DNA of 64,000 nt from an uncultured virus (IMG/VR IMGVR_UViG_3300044535_000365) (Duplodnaviria; Heunggongvirae; Uroviricota; Caudoviricetes). Below, piece after piece: positions 50,080 to 58,412 of the stretch. The notes below the pieces were generated by a model. It worked only from the letters and a program-made list of their open reading frames with translations. It did not search any database and was not told the origin of the DNA. Location of the stretch: IMG/VR virus record IMGVR_UViG_3300044535_000365. The stretch is one strand, 5' to 3'. The position numbers and the translations under genes are program-made. Positions within the stretch are counted from its first letter, which is position 1. Every line of letters begins with the position of its first letter.

Positions 50080-51551
50080 CAAAAATAGCTGTGTTAATCT
50101 CCGGTGCTTTTAGAGAGTTTGAGATTGCACACAAATCTTGGAAGTTTTTAGACAATCCTGACGTAGATGTTTATTTTTCAACTTGGGAAACTACAAAACA
50201 ACACAATGATAAATTGAACATTCATGTCGATGAAACCGTAACTGAATATAATATTAGACGACTTATACCTAATTGTAAAGGTGTTGATATAGGAAGTGCT
50301 ATAACATGTAATATAGCATGTAAAAATAATAATCATAGAATGATTAATAGATGGATGGCAGGAATAGCACTTGTTAAAGTATCAAACATAAAATATGATG
50401 TATGTCTGATTATTAGACCGGATTTGTATTTTAAATATGATGTTAATGTTGCGCATTTTTTTGAATGGTTAAATGAAATAAATGAAATGAATGAAGATCG
50501 TATATACACATTCACTACCGAATCTGTAGTACATATGTGGATACAGGATCAGATGATAATAGGAAAGTATGAAAGTATTATTAAATTAATAAATCTTCCT
50601 GTAAGCGAATTACATAATACGGTAGATATACATGTTTGGTTAGCAAAAAAAATATCTAAAATCTTTAAATATGCACCGAAAACAATAAAAGGGGTAGGAA
50701 AACAGATTTGTATTGTTAGGCCCAATTCTAGAAACAAACCGCATATTGATTTTGAAATAGCTAGCAAAGATTCTGACAAATGGTATAGATCACTAAATTC
50801 TCAAGATACGATTATAAAAGAGTTTTCTGGACTTTCTGGAAGTAAAGTGCTAATGATTAAAAGTCTTAATGATTTTATTATACGAAAAATAGATAATATA
50901 GAAAGAAATTATGAAAAATTAATATTATTGAATCAGAATAACTTTTTAGTTCCTAAAATTATAGATAAAGAAGAAAATGTTCTTGACATGGAATATATAT
51001 CTGGATACGACATGAAAACTTTTATAAAGTTAGATAATATTCATAAATTTGTAAATTTTGTTATTGATACCATGAACAGATTTAAAAATATAAATACTCA
51101 AGAAAAGAATTATACATTAATATATAAAAATCAGTTAGATTGTTTCAAGAACGATAATAAATTACCCTTTACTATCACCGAACTTTTAAATAAATTGCCT
51201 AAAATTCTACCATCTGGTTTCTGCCACGGCGACTTTACATTAAACAACATTATATATAAGGAACCCAACTTTTACATGATAGACCCTGATTCCAATGCAT
51301 ATAATTCCTGGATATTTGATATAGTTAAGTTGCGACATGATCTTGACGGTAAATGGTTTATTAGACACGAAAATAAAAATGAATTCAATTTGAAATTATC
51401 TGCAATCAAACAAGAACTTGTTATTGCGTTTCCTGAAGCATTTAATGACTATCTTTATATTCTAATATTATTACGGGTATATAAATATTCACAGAAGGGA
51501 ACAATTGAACAAAAAATGTTATTAGAGGAAATGAACAGAGTATGGAAATAA
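50076..51551 (+). CDS. Fusion of a KIAVLISG-x-x-R domain and an APH/choline-kinase-like phosphotransferase
   Basis: N-half resembles 48605 (YDVCLIIRPD); C-half has SGLSGS, MEYI, CHGDFTLNN and MID. Confidence 0.7.
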   Translation: MTKIAVLISGAFREFEIAHKSWKFLDNPDVDVYFSTWETTKQHNDKLNIHVDETVTEYNIRRLIPNCKGVDIGSAITCNIACKNNNHRMINRWMAGIALVKVSNIKYDVCLIIRPDLYFKYDVNVAHFFEWLNEINEMNEDRIYTFTTESVVHMWIQDQMIIGKYESIIKLINLPVSELHNTVDIHVWLAKKISKIFKYAPKTIKGVGKQICIVRPNSRNKPHIDFEIASKDSDKWYRSLNSQDTIIKEFSGLSGSKVLMIKSLNDFIIRKIDNIERNYEKLILLNQNNFLVPKIIDKEENVLDMEYISGYDMKTFIKLDNIHKFVNFVIDTMNRFKNINTQEKNYTLIYKNQLDCFKNDNKLPFTITELLNKLPKILPSGFCHGDFTLNNIIYKEPNFYMIDPDSNAYNSWIFDIVKLRHDLDGKWFIRHENKNEFNLKLSAIKQELVIAFPEAFNDYLYILILLRVYKYSQKGTIEQKMLLEEMNRVWK

Positions 51552-52594
51552 TAGTGCCGGCAGTGCCGGCAACTGAGTTAGTAACTCGGTTTCCCGAGGA
51601 CAAACCTAAATTTATGTTATATGATTATGCAGGCAAAAGTATGCTCTTCAGAGCGGTTGAACCTTATTTGACCAAATATAAAATACATATAGGTGTTCTT
51701 GCCGAACACGAACAGAAGTTTAATATAAAAGATTTTATACAACATGAATTCGGAAATTTAATAAATTTAGTAATAGTACCTGACCAAACTTCGGGACCGG
51801 CCGACACCGTTGATGCAATAATAGAACTTGCACAAATTTCCATGGCTAGTCCTATACTAGTAAAAGATTGTGATAGTTTTTTCAAGCATGAAATAGTTGA
51901 AGGACATTATTTATGTGTCTCTACCTTTAATAAAAAATTAACGGTAAATAGTCCTGTTAATAAAAGTTATGTATCATTCAATGATACTGGATTTGTGCAA
52001 AAAATATCAGAAAAACGGGTATTATCTGATACTTATTGTACAGGGGGTTATAAGTTCCAACAGGCACATTATTTCAGAACAGCGGTGCAGGATATAAAAT
52101 ATTCTAATTTACAAGAAAACAATGAAATATTTATTAGTGATGTTGTACGATATATGTTGTCAGCTAATCAACCTTTTTTTATAGTAGATACAACTGATTA
52201 TATTGATATAAGTACGATGTATGATTGGTTAGAACATAATAATAAACCTGTTGTATTCTGTGATATTGACGGAACTATTATTAAACATCAACAACGTTAC
52301 GGGGTTGATAATTACGACAGTGTGCCGGTACCTCTCAATAATAATGTCGGTACTGTTTTGAAAATGCAGGATCAGGGATCTCAGATAATCTTTACAACCT
52401 CTAGACCTGAATCTGTTAGAGATATTACACATCAGATGTTAAAGTCTCTGGGTTTTAACGACTTTCAACTATTAATGAATTTAAATGATTCTGCGCGAAT
52501 ATTGATCAACGATTATAATGAGTTAAACCCATATCCAGGAGCAACTGCTATTAACATACGAAGAAATTCAGATAATTTGGGTGATTTCTTCTGA
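51542..52594 (+). CDS. Fusion of a sugar-phosphate nucleotidyltransferase-like domain and a HAD phosphatase
   Basis: TRF...PK, GPADT, KDCD, ISEK and EIFISDV; C-terminal CDIDGTI, TTSR and IND. Confidence 0.75.
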   Translation: MEIIVPAVPATELVTRFPEDKPKFMLYDYAGKSMLFRAVEPYLTKYKIHIGVLAEHEQKFNIKDFIQHEFGNLINLVIVPDQTSGPADTVDAIIELAQISMASPILVKDCDSFFKHEIVEGHYLCVSTFNKKLTVNSPVNKSYVSFNDTGFVQKISEKRVLSDTYCTGGYKFQQAHYFRTAVQDIKYSNLQENNEIFISDVVRYMLSANQPFFIVDTTDYIDISTMYDWLEHNNKPVVFCDIDGTIIKHQQRYGVDNYDSVPVPLNNNVGTVLKMQDQGSQIIFTTSRPESVRDITHQMLKSLGFNDFQLLMNLNDSARILINDYNELNPYPGATAINIRRNSDNLGDFF

Positions 52595-52630
52595 AGGCTA
52601 TAGCAAATTTTTTCTTCACGAGGAATTACA

Positions 52631-53068
52631 ATGTCTAAATTAGTTAAAAAACCATGGGGCCATGAATCATGGATAGAAGATGGTACCAGAACCCCCTATG
52701 CTGTAAAAAATATATTATTCTTAGCAGGAAACCGTACTAGCTTGCAAGTACATAAGTACAAATGTGAAACTAATTGTATTATCAAAGGTACGGGTAAATT
52801 GTATCGCAGTAAAACTATATTTGATATAGATATGTTTTTAGAAAAAGGAATGACTATAGGCCAGGTAAATGAATACGAAGAAACGTTTGAAGTGATAGAA
52901 CTCTCTCCGGGAGTAACATTTACTATAACACCGGGTATTGTCCATAGAGTTGTTGCTGTTACTGATTTAGAGTTTATAGAAACCAGTACTACTGAGTTAG
53001 ATGATGTTTATAGATTACAAGACGATGCAGGAAGAACACACGGTAGGATTATAAGTGAACATGAATAA
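52631..53068 (+). CDS. Cupin, mannose-6-phosphate isomerase type II-like
   Basis: KPWG, TSLQVH..K.E, PG.VHR and E.ST..LDDV.RL.DD.GR motifs; GAGG RBS. Confidence 0.8.
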   Translation: MSKLVKKPWGHESWIEDGTRTPYAVKNILFLAGNRTSLQVHKYKCETNCIIKGTGKLYRSKTIFDIDMFLEKGMTIGQVNEYEETFEVIELSPGVTFTITPGIVHRVVAVTDLEFIETSTTELDDVYRLQDDAGRTHGRIISEHE

Positions 53069-54602
53069 CATTACTGTTATTATCCCTACTGCTGGATTGG
53101 GATCACGATTGGGAGTTATATCTCAATTTATAAACAAAAGTTTAGTATCATATAAACATAAACCAGTGTTATCACATATTATAGAACAGTTCCCCAAAGA
53201 CACTAAGTTTATTATCCCTATTGGATACAACAAACAACAAGTAAAAGACTTTTGCGAATTAACGTACAGTGATAGAAATATTGAATTTGTTGATATAGAA
53301 CATTATAAACAATCTTGGACAGGCCCGGGCTACACAATAACACAGTGTTTAGATAAAATTAATAGTTCGTTCTTTTATATTCCATGTGACACCTATTTTA
53401 ATGAAAATATATTGGGTGAGTATAATGAGGATACTTACTTTGTAAAACAAGTTGATCAAAAATTGCATCAAGAATATACTACTTTTAATGTAAAAGATGA
53501 TAGGATAAAAGAGTATAAATTTAAACAAAATACTGATAGTTCTTGGTCTTCATTTACTGGAGTAATGTTTATAAAAGATTTTGATTCTTTCAAGAAAAGA
53601 TTGTTAACGCGAGACAGTCCTGAAATAATTTATACTATTTTATTAAATAGCAAAGTTAAAAACTTAGATTCTTGGTTAGATTTTGGCAACTTAAATATTT
53701 ACCAAAATGAAGTTAAAAAGACCGAACATTATGATTTTACTAAAACAGATGAAGTTACATACATTGTTAATAACAAAGTAGTAAAATGTTGGAAAGATCC
53801 TGAAGTATCTATTAAAAAATATAAAAAGTATTTAACTAACCCCAATGCTTACCCTCGTAATGTTAAGCAACAAGGGCAATTTTTAGTGTATGATTATTGC
53901 CCGGGTTCTACTTTATATGTAAAAAATGATCCAAATGTTTTTTCTGATTTCCTTGAATGGTTAGACAAAAAAGTATGGATAAAAAAACACGCTGATATTA
54001 ATTCAGATGCGCTAAACTTCTATAAAGACAAAACATTAAAAAGAATAAAAATGTTTATAGAAAAAAACAAAAATTTACCAGAAGTGACTCATGTTAATGA
54101 TGTTCCGGTAAAAGACTACACACATTATATACAAAATATAAATTTTGATATGCTATGCAACGATATTATACCTTCGTATACTCACGGCGATTTACAATTT
54201 GATAATACTATTATTACTGATACCAATGAATTTATTGTTATAGACTGGAGACATGAATTCGGTACTTCTGTTGAAGTAGGAGATTTGTACTATGATTTGG
54301 CAAAGTTATATGGTGGATTTGTAATAGATTATAGTAAGATTAAAAACAATACTTTTGAGATAACCAAAAAAGGTACTAAAGTTTATCTAGATGTACCTCA
54401 CTGTGACGATTATGAATACTATATATCCAAACTACTAGAATATATAAGAGATAAAAACTATAATGAACATAAAGTAAAGTTACTTGTTCCTATTATATTT
54501 TGGAACATGTCGCCCTTACATACTAAACCCTTTGATGAGTTTTTATGGTATTTAGGTATTCTTATGTTTTCTAAATTAGAATTAAATGAAACGATTCATT
54601 AG
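53061..54602 (+). CDS. Fusion of a nucleotidyltransferase (LicC/GlmU-like) and an APH/choline-kinase-like domain
   Basis: IPTAGLGSRL...NK, PCD, WLDFG; then HGDLQFDN, IDWR and YDLAKL. Confidence 0.8.
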   Translation: MNNITVIIPTAGLGSRLGVISQFINKSLVSYKHKPVLSHIIEQFPKDTKFIIPIGYNKQQVKDFCELTYSDRNIEFVDIEHYKQSWTGPGYTITQCLDKINSSFFYIPCDTYFNENILGEYNEDTYFVKQVDQKLHQEYTTFNVKDDRIKEYKFKQNTDSSWSSFTGVMFIKDFDSFKKRLLTRDSPEIIYTILLNSKVKNLDSWLDFGNLNIYQNEVKKTEHYDFTKTDEVTYIVNNKVVKCWKDPEVSIKKYKKYLTNPNAYPRNVKQQGQFLVYDYCPGSTLYVKNDPNVFSDFLEWLDKKVWIKKHADINSDALNFYKDKTLKRIKMFIEKNKNLPEVTHVNDVPVKDYTHYIQNINFDMLCNDIIPSYTHGDLQFDNTIITDTNEFIVIDWRHEFGTSVEVGDLYYDLAKLYGGFVIDYSKIKNNTFEITKKGTKVYLDVPHCDDYEYYISKLLEYIRDKNYNEHKVKLLVPIIFWNMSPLHTKPFDEFLWYLGILMFSKLELNETIH

Positions 54603-55317
54603 TCTTAGCAAATATCCAAGTTCTAACGGAAAATATTTTTACACTAATTTCTTTAAGCTTTACAACATAGAAGCTGAATATGTTCCCTTACCGGCTACTG
54701 ATGAAAATTTTGAAGATCAAATAAGAGCAGCAATAGATCAGGGCGTTAGTGGTATAAGTGTAAGTATGCCATTTAAGCAGCAAGCAAGTTTGATGCTTAA
54801 TTATTGTGACTCTTCGGTCAGCAACTACAACTCATGTAATACAATTGTTATTAAAGACAAAAAGCTATACGGGTATAATACCGACATTGAAGGCGTTATC
54901 CAAACATCTACTAAAATACAATCAAAGTCAGTTGCTATACTAGGCGACGGATCAATGGCTAGCATGTATAGTAAATATTTATCCAACAGAGACATCACTA
55001 TAAATATGTATAGTCGCAGATTGCAAAACTGGGACGATAGACATGATAACAATGCTGAAGTAGTTATAAACTGCACCGGTATAGGAACGGTTGATGATGA
55101 AAGTCCTTTGCTTAGTTTAAAAAACAAGAAACTAGTAATAGACTTAGCAATAAAAAAGAAAGAATTATACAAACAATGTCTAAACAACGATGTAGAATAC
55201 ATAAGTGGGTCAGAGTTTTACAAACATCAATTTTTAAAACAATTTATGTTATATACCGGTGTACTAGTAAACGAACTAGAATTTGACAAAATAGAAGCTG
55301 AAAAAAATGATTACTAA
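54586..55317 (+). CDS. Shikimate dehydrogenase (AroE)-family oxidoreductase
   Basis: SVSMPFK, CNT, GYNTD, ILGDGSMA and INCT motifs; true substrate uncertain. Confidence 0.75.
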   Translation: MKRFISLSKYPSSNGKYFYTNFFKLYNIEAEYVPLPATDENFEDQIRAAIDQGVSGISVSMPFKQQASLMLNYCDSSVSNYNSCNTIVIKDKKLYGYNTDIEGVIQTSTKIQSKSVAILGDGSMASMYSKYLSNRDITINMYSRRLQNWDDRHDNNAEVVINCTGIGTVDDESPLLSLKNKKLVIDLAIKKKELYKQCLNNDVEYISGSEFYKHQFLKQFMLYTGVLVNELEFDKIEAEKNDY

Positions 55318-55786
55318 GTTAGTTTTGGATATAGACGGGGTATTAACTACCGGTCACTTAATATATAGTAAAGAAGGAAAAATATATAAAGTATTTGGTC
55401 CACATGATAGTGATGGCTTAAAGATAATTAAAAATTATATAAAAGACATACAGTTTATAACGGCTGACAAGGTTGGCTGGGATATCACCTATGCTAGAAT
55501 TGTAACTGATTGGAAGTTTAGCTCAGAACAGTTGCATCTTGTTCCTGAAGGACATCGTATGGAATGGTTCATAGATAATTGTAATCTAGATGAGACTGCG
55601 TTTATAGGTGACGGTTATCACGATGCTCCTATTCTTGAAAAAGTTAAGATAGGTATAGCACCCTCAAGTGCTAGAAAAGAAGCAAAACAAGCGGCTAAAT
55701 TTATCACTGAAAGCGCGGCTGGATCTGGTGCAGTTCTTGACGCTTGTTTGTATTTAAAGGATGTTATTATTAATGAACATAAGTAA
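55307..55786 (+). CDS. KdsC-like HAD phosphatase
   Basis: LDIDGVLTTG, K.F..HD..G, FIGDGYHD and G.GAV motifs. Confidence 0.8.
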   Translation: MITKLVLDIDGVLTTGHLIYSKEGKIYKVFGPHDSDGLKIIKNYIKDIQFITADKVGWDITYARIVTDWKFSSEQLHLVPEGHRMEWFIDNCNLDETAFIGDGYHDAPILEKVKIGIAPSSARKEAKQAAKFITESAAGSGAVLDACLYLKDVIINEHK

Positions 55787-56870
55787 ATTTAAACTAGGTC
55801 TAGGACCTATGAGTAAAGATATAGTAAATCTTTGCTTAGAATATAGTAAGATTCACGATTATCCTATCATGTTAATAGCTAGTAGAAATCAAGTAGATTT
55901 TGATTCTGGCTATGCGTTTACTACTGAATCTTTTGTTGAGTATGTTAAACAAAATAAAAATTATGATCCTAACCGAGTATTGATTTGTAGAGATCATTGC
56001 GGACCTTACTTTAGTGATGATGATAAACGCTTAACTTTAGATTATGCAGTAAATAGATGCTTAAAAACTATAGAAACTGATATAGAGTCAGGATTTGATT
56101 TAATTCATATAGACGTAAGTAGAGTAAGTCAAGATATGCAAGAATCAGTAGCAATCAAGCTATTTGATTATGCATTGTCACTTAATCCTGATATCATGTT
56201 TGAATTTGGTAGTGAAGATAATACTAATACTGGATTAGATGAAAGTATTGCTAACTTAGACAAGCAATTAGTGTTTGTTCAAAAATATAAAAATAATTTA
56301 AAATTCTTTGTTACGCAAACCGGAAGTTTAACTAAACACACTCAAGTTGGAACATTTGATCCAATTGTGAATAAAGTAACTTCAGAAAAGATACACTCAT
56401 ATGGATTGATGTTCAAAGAACATAACGCTGATTATTTGTTAGAAAGCGATTTATTGTATAGAACAAAAGCAAATGTAGATGCAGTTAATATAGCTCCTCA
56501 ATTGGGATCTATACAATCCACTGTATTATACCAACTAAGAGATCATTGTTCGGCAGAATTTGCTGTCTTTTTTATTTCAGTAATTAATAGTGATTATTGG
56601 AAAAGGTGGGTGTTATCAGAATCAGATTCTGATAATTTTACTAAATTTAGAGTTGCTGCTCATTATTGCTATAATTATAGTGAGGGTAAAAAACTTATGG
56701 CTATATTAAACGAAACTGAAGAATTTAAAAATAATCTAAGAACTGAGATTTTTTCACTGTTGAGTATATACAAAAAGGGATTAGAATCGTCATATCAAGA
56801 TGAAAGAGAACAACGATTAAAAGCGAGATTGGAAGAACTTAGAAAACGAGATCCATTTATTTACCAATGA
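55773..56870 (+). CDS. GatZ/KbaZ-like (tagatose-phosphate aldolase subunit / sugar-phosphate epimerase) TIM barrel
   Basis: IASRNQVD..GY, RDHCGP, GFDLIHID, KEHNADY and NIAP motifs; ATG at 55773. Confidence 0.7.
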   Translation: MNISKFKLGLGPMSKDIVNLCLEYSKIHDYPIMLIASRNQVDFDSGYAFTTESFVEYVKQNKNYDPNRVLICRDHCGPYFSDDDKRLTLDYAVNRCLKTIETDIESGFDLIHIDVSRVSQDMQESVAIKLFDYALSLNPDIMFEFGSEDNTNTGLDESIANLDKQLVFVQKYKNNLKFFVTQTGSLTKHTQVGTFDPIVNKVTSEKIHSYGLMFKEHNADYLLESDLLYRTKANVDAVNIAPQLGSIQSTVLYQLRDHCSAEFAVFFISVINSDYWKRWVLSESDSDNFTKFRVAAHYCYNYSEGKKLMAILNETEEFKNNLRTEIFSLLSIYKKGLESSYQDEREQRLKARLEELRKRDPFIYQ

Positions 56871-58378
56871 TTATTTTAGGAATTAGTGCAGGGTTTCATG
56901 ATGCTGCGGTTACTGTGTTACAAGACGGTAACATCGTCTTTGCCGCACACAGCGAACGATACAGTAAAATAAAAAATGATTGTTTCTTGAATCAAGAAAT
57001 CATTAATGCAGCACTTGCGTTCGGCAAGCCCGATCAAATTGTTTTACACGAAAAGAACTTTTTCAAAAAGCTAAGACATATAAGGGCAGGCTCGTGGCAA
57101 GCTCTAAAAGAACCTAGTACGAAAGAATGGATTGAACAATTTTATCCTCAATTAGCAGGAATACCTATAAAAGAATATTGGCATCATGAAACACATGCGG
57201 CAGCAGGCGTGTTAACTAGTGACTTTGATGAATGTGCCATTATGGTTATAGATGCCATAGGCGAATTTGATACTGCTACGATATGGCATTGGAAAGATAA
57301 TAAGCTTACTAAAAAGCATAGCGTAAAGTACCCTAGTAGTCTTGGCTTATTCTACAGTGCTATGACACACAGAGTTGGCTTAAAGCCAATGGAAGATGAG
57401 TACATTCTTATGGGCATGGCTGCTTATGGCTCTAAGGATGCCGCTACTTTCCTCAGCTACAAAATGTCACATGATTTCTTTAGCTACCCTGAACCTTTTC
57501 ATAATCCTAGAAAAGCATTAAAAATGAAAAAGAACTTACATAGAGGTATATCAAAAGACATGTACACTGAGTATACTGATTATGATATTGCTAGAGCAGC
57601 ACAAATGGAAGTAGAAAAAAGAATTATGGCTTATGCACTGTATGCTAAAGAACTTACTAATTCAAATAATTTAGTTTTCATGGGAGGTGTAGCTCTTAAC
57701 TGTGTAGCAAATAGTGAATTGTTCAGATGGTATGAAAACATTCATATCATGCCAAACCCAGGTGACGCAGGTAGTTCTCTTGGTGCAGCAGCACTAGAGC
57801 ATTTTAACAGAACTGGTAATAAAGTTAATTGGCAAACTCCTTACTTAGGTTATGATATTAAGGGCGAGTATCCTATACAAAAAGCACTTGAGAGTTTAGA
57901 GCGTGGTGAAATATTTGGTATAGCAAACGGTAAGGCAGAGTTTGGACCTAGAGCGTTAGGCAATCGTAGTTTGATGGCTGATCCAAGAGGCAATGAAATA
58001 AAAGACAGAGTAAACGCTATTAAGCATAGACAAAAGTTTAGACCATTTGCACCTGTTATCATGGAAGAGTTTGTACACGAATACTTTGAAATGCCCAACA
58101 ATACAGTATCACCTTATATGCAGTTTGTTGCTAAGTGCAAAAAGCCCACTAAGTTTCCTGCTATTATACACGCAGACGGTACAAGCAGAGTGCAAACTGT
58201 TAACTACGAACAGCATCCTGGTTTATATACTTTGTTAAAAGAGTTTTACAAAAAGACTGGGTGTCCTATTCTGTTAAACACTAGTTTGAATATCAAAGGT
58301 CAGCCTATTGTAAATGATGAACAAGACGCTATTGCTTTCTCACAAAAGTATAATTTACCTGTCTACACCAAAGATTAA
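56867..58378 (+). CDS. O-carbamoyltransferase (NodU/CmcH/TobZ family)
   Basis: GISAGFHDAA, ERYSK.K, HHETH, DAIGE, GGVALNC, GDAG, EFGPRALGNRS, FRPFAP and LNTSLN motifs. Confidence 0.95.
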   Translation: MIILGISAGFHDAAVTVLQDGNIVFAAHSERYSKIKNDCFLNQEIINAALAFGKPDQIVLHEKNFFKKLRHIRAGSWQALKEPSTKEWIEQFYPQLAGIPIKEYWHHETHAAAGVLTSDFDECAIMVIDAIGEFDTATIWHWKDNKLTKKHSVKYPSSLGLFYSAMTHRVGLKPMEDEYILMGMAAYGSKDAATFLSYKMSHDFFSYPEPFHNPRKALKMKKNLHRGISKDMYTEYTDYDIARAAQMEVEKRIMAYALYAKELTNSNNLVFMGGVALNCVANSELFRWYENIHIMPNPGDAGSSLGAAALEHFNRTGNKVNWQTPYLGYDIKGEYPIQKALESLERGEIFGIANGKAEFGPRALGNRSLMADPRGNEIKDRVNAIKHRQKFRPFAPVIMEEFVHEYFEMPNNTVSPYMQFVAKCKKPTKFPAIIHADGTSRVQTVNYEQHPGLYTLLKEFYKKTGCPILLNTSLNIKGQPIVNDEQDAIAFSQKYNLPVYTKD

Positions 58379-58412
58379 TTTCAACAGTAAGTATTAACTT
58401 CTAAATAGTTTC

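Noticed and set aside
42737..58378. Host capsule/LPS locus or a chimeric bacterial contig
   Set aside because: Continuous with the tail genes, flanked by the same late motif at 42712 and 58401, and lacking transport or polymerase genes; no integrase or att-like junction seen.
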